Source of the DNA: the human T2T-CHM13v2.0 reference genome, Homo sapiens
Length of the DNA stretch: 64,000 nt
Direction: 5' to 3' (one strand)
Assembly (NCBI RefSeq): GCF_009914755.1
Contig: NC_060928.1
Part shown: one piece after another, positions 42,300 through 55,660 of the stretch
Position numbering within the stretch: the first letter of the stretch is position 1
How the letters are laid out: each line of letters opens with the position of its first letter
Translations under genes and position numbers: made by a program
The notes under the pieces: generated by a model
Database searches by the model: none
The model's input: only the letters and a program-made list of their open reading frames with translations
What the model was told of the DNA's origin: nothing

Positions 42300-42520
42300 C
42301 CAATGACAAAATTCCATTTTAAGCTTTTAGGCAAATTCAGAATTTAGAAAACTTGTATCTGCACAGTAAAGAAACAGTTTGCCAATACATAAAGACTTTT
42401 CTGATTAATGGCTTTATTAAGAATGTGTTTATTTGATATTATACAATAAAAAGTGTCAAATTTGGAAGATCTGCATATCTCAGTGAAGCAATATTTTCCA
42501 AATGAGCAATATGCCATGCA
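42300..42520 (+). mobile_element. Charlie1-like hAT fragment
   Basis: gaaaacttgtatc...aaagacttttctgat...tttggaagatctgcatatctcagtgaagcaatattttccaaatga. Confidence 0.7.
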
Positions 42521-42894
42521 GAGAGCAACACACACATGCACACTTACGTATGTATGAATATATTTATTTTTATGACCTCCATATATTGAAAACTTTGGGG
42601 TTTATATTAGCTTTCCCTGTTTTCTGTAATTGTAACTTTTTTCTCCAACTTTGTGAAATCTTGCTCCCATTATTCTCAATCTGCTTTCACATTTGGTCAG
42701 TCCTCATATGAAAGCAATCTACTGACCTTGCCGGGCTGCTACAGAACTGGATGTTCCTATCTCATAAAAGCACCCAACACCTCTGTGAGATGCTGCTGCC
42801 TTTGTAAGATGTGCCTTCCTTGCTCAGGCCCCTGGTCCCTATAGTTTTTGGGTAGCATTATTATGGAAGGACAGAAAGGAGGGAGGGGAAAAGA

Positions 42895-43170
42895 AAGTGT
42901 CCTTATATTTAATGTAGTCGAATTCATTCATCTTTTCCTTCATGGTTTGGATTACTTTTGTCTAAAAAATTCTACCCTATTCCAATTTTTAAAGATATCC
43001 TACTATATTTTCTTCTATAGGTTTATATTTTCTCTTCCTCACTTAAATCTTTAGTCTACTTAGGACTGATTTTTGTTTGTGGTAGGTAGTAGGGATCCAA
43101 TAATAATAATTTTGTAATGTGGATAACATTTGTTCCATTACCATTTATGGAGGTATATTTCTTTATTATA
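42895..43170 (-). mobile_element. Old L1M ORF2 fragment
   Basis: tttaatgtagtcgaattcattcatctttt...ctgatttttgtttgtggt..agggatccaa. Confidence 0.5.
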
Positions 43171-43838
43171 AAATATAATTTTTAAAATAGTAAAGTGAAA
43201 GTAATCTACTTTAGTTTGAAGAAGAACAGAAGAAGAGAGAACTTAAACCCTATTATATCATGTCTGAGCTTCAGTAGCTCATGTTGACTACTGTTCTGCT
43301 GAGGCTAAGACATGATGTAGAGCTGCATCTTCCGATACAGTTTGCTTCACGCCGTAACGTTTCCTGAGAAGAAAATTCAAATGTTAAACCATGGTAGGCA
43401 ATTGTATTTCTGATAGAACTAAAGGATTATCCTGCTTGTGTTACCAAGAAGCTATAATATATTGAAGCAGAAATTGGAGAACTACTCATGTAATTTTTCA
43501 GTAGAAGGCTTACACTCATCATTTGCATGTTATACATTTTCTCTGATTAATATTTCCCCTGATTAATATTATGCCTGCACAAATGCTCATGGCTGCCCTT
43601 TGACATAAATACTTGTCACAGCTGATACTGATGAACACAGAGTCACTTCTGACTAGCCAACTGGCTATGCTGACTCATCAGAATGTAGATTCTCTAATCT
43701 TTTCTTAATAAGATAACATAGCAAATCCAGAATGTACTTTAATTAAAATAATTGCAAAAACATAAGAACCTATAGAAATAAATGTTTCATAAAAATACAT
43801 AAACCTTAAAAGTTTACAGAATGCTTGTGAGTGAATTA

Positions 43839-44222
<384 letters not shown>

Positions 44223-45528
44223 TCAGGTCTATTCTAAAATAACTTCTTACTTTTCCTGAATCATGGTATGATGATTTCAATTGTTTACATTCTTTGAGCT
44301 GCAGTTTACATGTAGTACATTATTTTAAAAACATCCTATTGAGACATACTAGTGTGTCTTGTGGACCAGGAAAACCACTTTCAAAATAGATACTATGGGC
44401 TTTTTCTGATATTAAGCTTAGGGAGTAATTGATACTTTGAATTTGTCAGTTACTAGCTCTTCTTTTCCCTTGATGGAAACTGTGTCTGTTGTGCTTATAG
44501 TCAGCATAAAATAGTTTTGCTGTTGCTAAGTAGTGCAGGTACAGGATACTAGAAAATGACATTTCAGAGTTTCCTCAGGGGTGAGTCACCTAGAACAACC
44601 TGGGGCAATGAGTAGAGCTGCTGACATAAGTTTGGTTACTCACTGAGAGTCTCCTTGTTCTGAAAATGAGCTAAGATTTAAAGGCATCTTTTAGAGAGGA
44701 AATAGGAACTTAGGGAACCCATATGGACAATTCCAAAATGAAAAGACAGACATTCTGTTTCTCCTAGTCAGAAGTAACTGATAGAGATTTGAAATGAGAA
44801 TGGATGGAATCTGTCATCAGAGACAGATAAATAATGATAAGATTTGGCCCTGATGCCAATTTGGAATAGTAGATGAGGAAGCTGAGCTTATTTTGAGGGT
44901 GAAATGAATCTTAGTATCTCACTAGCTAGTAAACATGTAGTATCAAGTAAATTATACAAGCTGGAGTGAAATGAATGAGGGCATAAGGCTGAATATTTTG
45001 GGCCCCAATGCCATAGAGCCCACCATGAATGAAGTCAGTGAGATGGTGATGGCTCAAGACAGAAAGCTTGAGAACACATTGAGAAATGGCTTTCTTCCTG
45101 AGGGACAGTGAGTAGGGTGGAAATGAAGACACAGTGACTGAGCACCCTGGGACTCTGAGAATCAATTCTGGATGAAACTGTTACCATAATTTTAACAGCA
45201 TGAATCCACATCTGTTTAATCTAGTAAACGTAGACAGGGTGTGAACAAGAAGGAACTAAGGTGGAGTAATGCTTTCTAGCTAAGATACATGTGGTTAGGT
45301 TTAGTCACGTGAGGTGAGGTTTAGTCAGGTAAGGGGAAAAAAGCTGTGCTTTCTGTGCCATCCAATTCTATGCTAGAGTCAAAGACTAACCTGCTCAGGT
45401 GAAGTAAGAGTAATTTTCCTACATGGTGGCAGCATGGTTGGGATGAGAGGTGCAGTGTATGAGTAAGGATGTGGTGTGCAGATGACAGGGGCCATTCTAG
45501 CTAAGGAAGCTGGAAAGACGGTGGTAGG

Positions 45529-45580
45529 GCAAAGCAAAAAGATGAGCAAAGCAAAAAGGTAAAGCAAAGCAAAAAGGTGG
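45529..45580. repeat. 3 x 17-18-bp tandem repeat (GCAAAGCAAAAAGRT)
   Basis: Units start at 45529, 45546 and 45564. Confidence 0.85.
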
Positions 45581-46123
45581 GACAGAATCAGGGCAGCTAA
45601 GGATTGTAAACCTCATCCAGCCTGGAATTTTTCTGTGCAGATATGTCAACTATACTTTTTATGGTCATTTGACAGCTGGTGAGAAGTTTTAAACCTGCAG
45701 AGGTTATTAGTGATTACCTTTGCCATCGCTGAGTAATGATGAATAGAGCATTTACATAAGCTGCAGCTTTGTGCACACAGCAGTGGCCCTCAACATTACT
45801 CTGCTTCTCAAACCTACAGAAAGATTTAGAAAAGGTATAAGAATGGATTTAACTTATGATAGAAATCTCAAAACAGGGCCATACCTTGTGCAGAATACTA
45901 AGTGATACAGAATGGAAACAGCAAGCCCTTCTTAATTGTCCCAAGCTTGCTAGGGTCTGTTTCTCAGTTCTTAGTTTTTGAAGAAATCATTTTTCCTGGG
46001 CTTGTTTTCTGAACCCAACACCTGGATTTGGGCTTTTGAAAATAAAACTCTTTTTCCCCCAATTCCAGTCATTCCCAATCCCCTTTCCTACTTCCCATGC
46101 CCACACACCTCTCTATAGCTGGA

Positions 46124-46164
46124 ACACACACACACACGTGCACACACACACACACACACACACA
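46124..46164. repeat. (CA)n microsatellite, interrupted
   Basis: acacacacacacacgtgcacacacacacacacacacacaca. Confidence 0.9.
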
Positions 46165-47810
46165 TCCATTACCTGCCCTGTGCTTCTGAGTGTTGACCCA
46201 TCTGGCTCTCATAGCAGAATGCCACAGCCCTGTCTTTATTCCAAGATCTGCGCTATCTGGGTCTTCCTTGGATAAACTCACAATACCAATTGCTTTCAGA
46301 AATGAGTTGACAACTACTGTCATTCATACTTGTTTATACGCCCTAGCATCTATACTCAGCACCAAAGAAAGACATGAAAGGAATGTCCACTCCATGGTGT
46401 ATCATCTCTTTTCTGGTCAGAGAGGACCTCTAGGCTGATTAAGTTTCTTTCCTTCAAGTTTGATAAGATCTTGAGACAAGCAAATCACACTCAGGAAATA
46501 AAAATTTGTACAATGAAATACTTGTTATCAGCACACTGAGAGAAACACCACTGCCAGGAAGAGTAAACTCTAATTTTAACTGGTCAACAGGTTGTATTTC
46601 CCATTAGAAAAGCTATTTGTAAAAAAGAACAGTTATTTGTCTAGTGACTACAAAGTTAAAAATTAAGAGAATTGGGTGGCTGTGGGATTAAGACAGAATC
46701 TAGCAACTTCCCTTTGCCTCTGGAACTCATCTTCCTGTAATCTCGATTAGTTGTGTGCCACAAAATAGGAGTTCTCATCTCCATGGGCAATGGAGATTAG
46801 ATCCTAAAACTGCAACCCTTAAGCCTAGTGACCTTCTGTTATTGAAATTATGCTTGTTTCTCTGACTACTCCCCTACCGATTTAACTACAGTGAAGTAAT
46901 TTGAAGATTTAAGCATAACAATTTTGCTTTGGAAATAAGACTATATGACAGATAGATAATCATATAGTGCCCGAAAGTTATTAGGTGCTCAGAAAATATG
47001 AGAAATACATGACAAATAAGAGAATACAAGTAATTCAAGATTAAATATCTTGAAGAACTTTATGAAAAATGGAATCGGAAGTAGCCATTATTTGTTTCAA
47101 ATTCCTTTGAAAATAAAGTAGTTTATAGAATTATGAATTAATAACAATTATTCGTATGCAAAGGACTATTCAGTAAGGTGAGAGAATGCCATATTGTTCA
47201 TTTGGAATCTGATTTGTAAGATTCTATTCAAGAAAACCCAGTAGTAACAAGGCAGGGATAAAAGTCTGCCAAATCAGATTGAGCACTTACTCAAAGCTTC
47301 TTATTTCCAGATATACCGGGAAAAGGAGCTCTTGGAAACAAGAAAAAAAGTAGAGAATACATGGAGTGTACACATACACCTTTTGAATGAAATGATACTT
47401 TATGCATAAACGGCCATGCTTTGAACCATATGATGGTGTTACGATGAGCACAGCTAATTGCCTCAAAACAGGCTTTTGAGCCAAAAGCAGCAATCTGTAG
47501 TCTGGCCTGCAGTTCACCAGTTGGCTGGAGCCATAACAATGCATAATAAGGATGCTCACTAGGTGCTCAATACATATTGCAGTCAGATTTTCTATCTCTT
47601 CGAGAGTTTAGCTCTAGGAGAAATGCAGCTAGTGGAGGAGAAGAGAACCTGAAGGAGGCAGGAATAAGGTAGCAAACAGAAGCCTTGGGAACACAAGGAT
47701 GACAGGGTATTTTCTATGGCAGCTGGAGAGATAAGAGCAGTAAGGATAAAATGCTGAGTCGCCGCAATCCTGGAACACCAGAGAGTCAACAATGTGCCCT
47801 GTTGATGTAT

Positions 47811-48509
47811 TGAAACCACCTTGGCCAAAGTATGACAGTCAGAGAAATCTGACGTGGCTGACTCCATTTTGCTTCTAGCCTCACAGGCTGGTTCCCTTCG
47901 CTCATTCCTGGGCATAGCCCAAGCTAACTTTGGGAGAAACTTAATTTATAGCTTATGTAATAATAGACCTTTCTAAAAACTAAACTGTTCTTGTAAAGCT
48001 TAATGAAATGGCACCAAGTTAGGAGGATGAGAGGGGCTTGAATTCTAAATAATTTTCAGTCATTATTCTGGAGGTCATAATATTTGCAATTTCCCCTATT
48101 AGTCTTGAAGATAACATAACTGTTGTAGAACAAAGATTGGCCTCTTGAGGTGTCTTTTCAGGTTTTTGCGTTTCTGACAACCAGATGTCACCACCTAGAC
48201 GTGCCAACCAGTCCTGTGGCCCCCACCCTAGAACTGACTCAGCACAAGAGGACAGCTTTGGTTCTCTATGATTTCAACTCCAACCCAACCAATCAGCATG
48301 CTTCCTACCCTAGCCTCCTGTCCACAAAACTATCTTTGAAAAATTTCTAACCTCTGAGCCTTCAGGGATTCATTTGAGTAATAACTCAGTCTCCCACATG
48401 GCATTGCTGGCCTTATGTCAATTAAACTCTTTCTTTACTGCAATGCCATGGTCTTGGTGAGTTGATTTTATTTGTGTAGTGAGCAGGAAGAACCCATCGG
48501 GCAGTTACG
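47811..48509 (+). mobile_element. LTR8-family (LTR8A/B-like) ERV1 solo LTR
   Basis: tgaaaccacc...gagaaatctgacgtggctgactccattttgcttctagcctcacaggctgg...gaacccatcgggcagttac. Confidence 0.85.
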
Positions 48510-48513
48510 GGAG

Positions 48514-49062
48514 TGTGGAAATAAACAAAGACCAACCAAATGAGAAAAGCAAAGGTTATTTATTCTGAGCTTGCTATAGCAGAAGAGTCTGCATCATCCC
48601 TTGAGTTTTGGCAGAGATTTAAAGGCAGGCAAAGAAGTGGGAAAGCTTTACAATGGAAAAAAGGGAAGGCTTCAGGCATGCACTGATCGGAGGCTTTGGC
48701 CTGGGGAAGCTATAAGTGGGCTAACCAGAATCAGGTTGTCCTGTGTGATTAGTTAGGGGTATATATTCTGATTTCTCTGGTCCTAGGTTGGAAGCAGAGA
48801 TCAAAATTAGGGATGCTGTCAATTATTAATCAAGTCCTGGCTATTTGGGGCCTATTGCTATAGCAGCTACTGTTTAGCTTCCTGGATCATCACTACAGAT
48901 AGCAATCTGGCTTCCTGCAGGTCTGACTTACAGCAGGATGGCTTCTTGTGTTGCTCATTGCAGATAAGGAGCTGGTTTCCTGGGCAGGTTTCTACAAGTT
49001 GTGGATCAAAGTTCTATTTTTATATATGGTCTGGACATTGTCCATTTGCATATCAGTCTCTT
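48514..49062 (-). mobile_element. ERV1 solo LTR, MER31/MER67-like
   Basis: Minus strand begins agagactgatatgcaaatggacaatgtccagaccatatataaaaatagaact; minus-strand AATAAA near 48560. Confidence 0.65.
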
Positions 49063-49427
49063 GGGAGTCTCTATTGTTTGTATTCAAATTGATCACCTAG
49101 TCCTTCATAGGCCTGGCTCTCTGATCACTAAGATGGTTTCTTTCCTTTTCTGCTTCTAAAACCATTTCTGTTTCTAAACTAAGACTATCTCAGCTTTAGA
49201 AACTCTCATACTGCAGGAAAGTCTTCAGTTCCAGGCAAACTGGGATGGTTAGTTATCCTGCCAGTATATATCCTTTCCAGAGCCCTAATTAACTGGGTTA
49301 ACAAGCAAAGCATTGATGGTTTTTAAGAACTCATCCTGTTCAATATTCTCTGTTCCTAGAAAAATTAAAAAGTCTAACTAACAGAAGGAAAAAGTAAAGT
49401 CCTTGTTTTTAATAAGCAGAGTAGTAA

Positions 49428-50256
49428 TGATAGGGACAAGAGGCAGGGAAATTTTGGGCAGAAGGGGGCAGGTCCCTGGCAAGGGTGCCACCTGGGAGCC
49501 TGGAACCACAGCCCAAAGTGAGAACATACATTCCTGTTTTCCTGCTCAAATGTTACCTTTTCCAAAACCTCCCATGGCCTGCCCTGCCCCACATGCTATG
49601 TCCATAAAAACCACAGGTTCCACCAGCAGAAGAGAGGAGAAACAATGGATGTCGGAGGCTACAGTTAGAGAGAAGCAGCTTGACTTCAGAGGGACAGCTT
49701 GATGGCATAACTTCAGAGAGGAGTCCAGCTGGAGACAGCCAGACTCCAAGAGAAAATTACCTTCCTGCTCCATCCCTTTTTCATCTCCCCTTCCCGCTGA
49801 GTGCCACTCTCATTGGCAATAAGATCCTCCACATTTACCATCCTTCAAATTTGTTCATGTGACCTCATTCCTCCTGGATACTGGATGAGAACTCGGGTGC
49901 GGGTGCAAAAGACTGTCACATTGACCCTCCACTGAGGTGTTAACACTTAAGCTGTCCACAGGTGGCAAAACTAAAAGGACGTTGACTGTAACACTCTTCT
50001 GGGGCTTCAGGGTTTGCAGGCACCCCCACTAGACGCTGCCACAGGACCTATACAGAGTTCATTCCTGCCAACAGCCAAAAGCACTCACCCAGGCTCCTGC
50101 ACTTGCTCACCTGCATGCTCCCTTCTGCAAGGAGTTGAGCACAGCGGGTTTGAGTGAGTGGAGTTTGCCCCTGCCAGCGCTGAAGCAGCCAGCTAGTTCC
50201 CATGCTCACACTCTAGTTCCGGTCCACAAAAGGGTCGGGGAAATTTTCCTGCTTCA
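49428..50256 (+). mobile_element. MER50 ERV1 solo LTR
   Basis: tgatagggacaagaggcagggaaattttgggcagaag...aaattttcctgcttca; TG..CA ends, flanks gtaa/ctaa. Confidence 0.85.
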
Positions 50257-50379
50257 CTAAAAACTACATTTGTTTATAGATTTATTTAATATTATTTGCA
50301 TATCAGTGCTGCACAAGGAATCAGGAGGCCTGTATTGGCTGCCAACCAGCTATGTAAACTTGGGTAAATTGCAAAGGAG

Positions 50380-51150
50380 TGTTGGGGCTCAGAAAATAAT
50401 ACCCCAAAGTATGGTGCTTTGGCATGCTGAGTACTTTGAACTAAAGAAGAACCAAGGTCTCTGATCCTCTTCTGCCCTCCTATCTCTCATCCCTCTTTCT
50501 CCTCCAAGTGCAGGGAGGGGCTTTCCCTGAAGTTTGTTTATTTGACTAAGGGAAGTTTCTTGCAAAAGAATGTAATTGTCATGAGCTCCTGCCTTAAAAG
50601 TCCATCGAACAGGGAAGATTAACTCATAGGAAAGAAGACTAAAGGTCACTATACCACCTATACTGTCACCTGAGAGACTACCTGCATAACAAAACACCTT
50701 TGCTCACCATACATTTCCTTCCCTCACCCTTTCACAGCTTGTGTTGATCCCTCACATGAAGAAGTCCTAAGCCTCTATTTCTTTCTGTAGCTCAGAATGC
50801 CATTTATAGCCTGGCATGATGGCATGCACCTGTAGTCCCAGCTACTCAGGAGACTGAGGCAGGAGGATCACTTGAGCCCAGGGGTTTGAGGCAGCAGTGA
50901 CAGCTATTATCACACCACTACACTTCAGCCTGGGTGACAGAGCAAGACCCTGTCTCTTAAAAATAAATTGCTATTTAAACTTCAACCATCTGACCCTTCT
51001 TTGAGTCTTATATTTTGTGAGGCTCTTGGGCATTTGCATGTAATAAATTTGTATGCTTTTCCTCTTGTTAATCTGTCTACTGTTAGTTTATTCCAGAGAT
51101 GCAAATTATCAAAACATCAGAGTAGAAGGAAAGTTCCCTTCACTCCTACA
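50380..51150 (+). mobile_element. MER34/MER39-like ERV1 solo LTR containing an Alu monomer
   Basis: tgttggggctcagaaaataataccccaaagtatggtgctttggcatgctgagtactttgaac...ctcctaca; flanks ggag/agag; MIR pieces on both sides. Confidence 0.75.
50807..50965 (+). mobile_element. Alu monomer (FRAM/AluJ right arm-like)
   Basis: cctgtagtcccagctactcaggagactgaggcaggaggatcacttgagcccagg; degenerate TSD ending attta. Confidence 0.85.
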
Positions 51151-51419
51151 AGAGCATAATAGTAATTTTTCCATTTTCTGGAGACAATGTACAGATATGG
51201 TTTTGAGAATTCATTCTCTATAGATTTGAAAACATTAATGAACTTTTTTAGCTCAACTTTTCTCATTTGTAAAATGGAGATTCTAATAATCTAGCTTTTC
51301 AAGTCAGTGTAAGAAGTATATGAAATAATGTATATAAAACAAGTATCGCATTGCCTGAAATGTAGTAGGCTTAGAAAAATTTATGTATTTGCAAATTTAT
51401 TTTGCTTGCTAATACCTCC

Positions 51420-52146
51420 TGTTTGAAACTAAGTTATATACCTCTGTATTAGTCCATTTTCGTACTGTTGATAAAGACATACCCAAGACTAGGTAATTTA
51501 CAAAAGAAAGAAGTTTAATGGACTCACAGTTCCATGTGGCTGGGGAGGCCTCACCATCATGGCAGAAGGTGAAAGAAACATCTCAATGGTGGCAGACAAG
51601 AGAAGAGAAATTGTGCAGGGAAACTCCCCTTTATAAAACCATCAGATCTCATGAGACTTACTCACTAACACAAGAATAGCACAGGAAAGATCTGCCCCCA
51701 TGATCCAATTACCTCCCACCAGGTCCCTCACATGACACATGGGAATTGTGGGAGCTACAATTCAAAATGAGATTTGAGTGGGGACATAGCCAAACCATAC
51801 CAACCTGCAAACTCATATAAGTCCTAACCTCAGAATTTACTATATTTAAAGATAGGGTCTTTAAGAGGTAATTAAGTTAAAATGAGGTCATTAGGGTGGG
51901 CCCTAATCCAATATGTCTGATATCCTTGTAAGAAAAGATTAGGACACAGAAGGAAGAAAAGGTGAAGCCACAGGGAGAAGATGGCCATCTACAATGTAGT
52001 CAGGAAGAGAGGTTTCAGAAGAGATCAACCCTGCAGGCACCTTGATCTCAGACTTCTAGCCTCCAGAATTATGAGAAAATAAATTTTTCTTATTTAAATT
52101 ACTTAGTCTGTGGTACTTTGTTATGGAGCCCCTAGCAAACTAAACC
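51420..52146 (+). mobile_element. MLT1A0-like solo LTR split by THE1B
   Basis: gatagggtctttaagaggtaattaagttaaaatgaggtcattagggtgggccctaatccaat...ccctagcaaactaa. Confidence 0.8.
51445..51802 (-). mobile_element. THE1B-like solo LTR
   Basis: tgtattagtccattttc...gataaagacataccc...gccaaaccatacca; flanks acctc/acctg. Confidence 0.9.
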
Positions 52147-52245
52147 TCGTAAAGATAATAACATCCTAATTTAAATAAACAATTAACTTGGGCTAGAGTA
52201 GCAACATAGTACGATCTGCTAATCAGCTGATTATTGTTTGATCTA

Positions 52246-52599
<354 letters not shown>

Positions 52600-53366
52600 G
52601 TTTCTATTTAAGAGATCTCCTCTGTATCAAGCAATATTTGAATATCCCAGAATTAATGGGTTTTTTAAATGACTGATATTACATTATTTTTGAGGTCTAC
52701 AAATCTTAAAATTACCTATTTGTAATATTTCTATTTTTCATATACACCTGATTCCTAATTTCAATAAACAAGAAAATAGGTGTTGCAGAAAGCTGTCTAT
52801 ACCCTCCATGAAAAAAAAAATAGAATGCTCTTTGAGCCAGCCAAACAAGAAAAATGCCTCTTAGAAGAAATGATTGTTGCCAAGAAGGATTTCTTTCTGC
52901 TTCCCCATCTGTCACCCTCAGCTTCCTTGCATGTGCTCTGGCCCCTGGGTACAGTTAGGAATATTTAGGTGCTAAGGAGCTCCAGCTCATTAATGGTCAC
53001 ACAGGAAAGGACCTTCTCCAAGGGAATGGCTGGAAAGGACCAAGGGAGGCTGTTGTCCTTAATCTGTCATACCTATAATAGATTAGTTTTTGACCAAGTT
53101 AAGGGAGAGTAGGACATTTCAGTGATTCCAGTTCAAAAGTCAAAGTTGCAATTTCATTTCATTATATTGAAATGTCCTTTCGTCTTAATTGTCTGATAAG
53201 ATTTGGGCACAGGTTATGTATAAATGCTTAACTGGTTTTGAGAGACACTGAGGTTGCTCCATTTCCTACATTCCCAGAGGAGAGTGTGAGCTACTCTCAC
53301 TAGGGAACTAATCATCAGCCTAGCTTGTGTATAAATTTTCCGTGAAGAGGCAAAAAGCAGTGCAAG

Positions 53367-53371
<5 letters not shown>

Positions 53372-53401
<30 letters not shown>
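53372..53401. repeat. (CA)n microsatellite
   Basis: About 14 uninterrupted CA units. Confidence 0.9.
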
Positions 53402-53402
<1 letters not shown>

Positions 53403-54489
53403 GAAACAGGCAGTTGTGCCATGCTCGGTTGCAACCCACAACTAAATTAAAGTAACACGACAGTAAATACGCTATAAAAGAGTAAGCACATTCTCTCAAG
53501 CCAAAGATGTGCTAAATTTGGATACCTCTATGTGGAACACACATCAGAGCTTTGAAAAATGAAAAAAACACAACTTGAAACATCCAAGCTGACTGGGGTT
53601 TAAAAAACAAACAGCAACACAGAGTATCTGGGAGGGGATAAAATATCTAACTATTCTACACAGAGTGCCAAGGCATCTCTTCTGTACTATCATTTTAAGC
53701 TCCAATTGGGTCAGTCATCTACAACCATATCATGTGCTTTGATTGACTACAGTTTGGATATTTGGTCTCCTGTAACATCTACCTCCATGTGACTTCTGAG
53801 CTAGATTATCTCTGCTCCCCTGATGTTAGTCAGGGAAAGGAGATTAGAGTGGAGGTTGGAGGGGGCATGAATTCTTTCTTAGACTGTCACAGAAGCAGCT
53901 GTTCTCTCCTAGCAGGGGCAAAGCTTCAGTCTGAAGATTTTGGTCACATTGCTTTTTACCTACTTTCCAACTTTGCAAATGTAAATTCTATAAACATCTG
54001 GGCATTTTGCATTATGAAGAAAATTGCTAGATCCTTGACTTAATTTTTAAATATCCTTTTAAGTATTTTGAAATCATTTAAGCAGACTGTAATCTGAGAA
54101 TCCTTAGTTTGGGAAAGGTTTTGCTCTCCAAGGGACCGAATGGCACTTCCCAACTCACAATTACAAATTTATGGGAAGGTTGCCTGTGACTCTCAACTTT
54201 CTCCATCAAAGGTCAAGGGAAAAGAGAGTTTATATCTTTAGTCTTTGGAAAGTTTCATCAGTCTGCAAAATATTTTTCACATTTCTTAGGATTGTGGCAG
54301 TGATGTGCCTAATGACTATATCTTCAACAGGTTTAGTAACCATCTTTAAAGGTATGGTTTTAATTCAGATTCAAACTTTTACTCTCCCAAACACAGACTT
54401 CTTTCATACTCAGCATTTCTTTCTTACCTAGTGCTAATGTAATTATTTTAATAAATTAAATGCAAAAGGATACAATTTTCAACCACCTC

Positions 54490-54760
54490 CTTCTACTTGA
54501 TAAAGTCCTACTCTACCCCAAGGCCCATCTCAGATCTTTCTAACAACCCTAGAGAATATTTTCCAAATGAGTTTAGTTCCATCATCATCTTACAGCATCA
54601 TGCTTGTCCACTGTCATAACACTCACCGTATCAGCAATCTCTCACCACTGAATTATAAACTGCTTGAGGAGAGAAGCAGTGTATAATTCCTCTCTGTATT
54701 CTCAGGAACAAGCACAGTCTTTGGAATACAGTTGATGCATCATAAACCTTGTTGAAGTGA
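54490..54760 (+). mobile_element. L2 3' fragment
   Basis: ccactgaattataaactgcttgagg...gcacagtctttggaatacagttgatgcatcataaaccttgttgaagtgaat. Confidence 0.55.
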
Positions 54761-55320
54761 ATTGTCAAGGTTTCATTGAAGTCAAAGACATCATCGGACA
54801 CCTCTATTATATGAAAATTCATCTGTGATTAAGGTGCTAAATAATGAAGTCTCTCCCAAGACAATAATAATGAGTCATGTACCTTTTTTGAGATGCTTTC
54901 TATGAAATTATAGACATGATATCAGATCTGAAATGTGGTGAGGACCGTTGCCCTTGGAATTCATACACATAATTGAGGAAAGAGCTAGTGTCAAGGTCCT
55001 TGTAACTTTGAGAGCTATAATACTACTATAAGAATGACTAGAATCACATTAAAGACCTATTCTGAGTTTCCTCTCTCTCTGTTTCATAGAGTGAGGCAAG
55101 GATGAAGTAGAACTGAATCAGTTATTTGCTTTTTATGCTTATGTCTATGCCCATGAAACTTTCTTGGGCATGCTTTCTTAGTCACATGTAACATCCCAAA
55201 AGGGCTAATCATTTCAGGATAAGTGCTCTGACTTTGATCATGCTTTGTCTTACCATCTTAGGGCCTCATTTAATACATATGTGTAACTTACTATTTGCCA
55301 AGCACAACAAATGCTGGAAT

Positions 55321-55660
55321 TGTAGCAGTCATGAGTTACTATTTTGTTACCCAAAATTCATTCCTCTTCCCCCAGCTTCCTTATTCATATTTTTCAAAGT
55401 AACAATGTACCTGACTAAAAATCTCAACTCCCTAGACTCTCTCAGAGTTGGAGGGGTGATACCATTGCAGACAATAAAATAAACTGCAAGTTTCTGGGAA
55501 ATAACCCTCATGAATGTAAGCCATTCTTGGGACAGCTCTGTTATTTGAGGCTGAATGAATATCTGATAAGTTGGCACAGGCAATCCTAAGAACTGTTGAA
55601 TTGTGGCAGTCAGAAGAATGGCAGGGCTTAAATGTTGTTGCGTCATATCCTGAGCTTTTT
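55321..55660 (+). mobile_element. Ancient MLT1 (J/K/L-like) LTR fragment
   Basis: tgtagcagtc...ttacccaaaattcattcctcttcc...ctccctagactctctcagagttgga...gcaagtttctgggaa. Confidence 0.4.

Noticed and set aside
53473-53480. TATAAAAG box
   Set aside because: Isolated motif in AT-rich DNA with no supporting promoter features.
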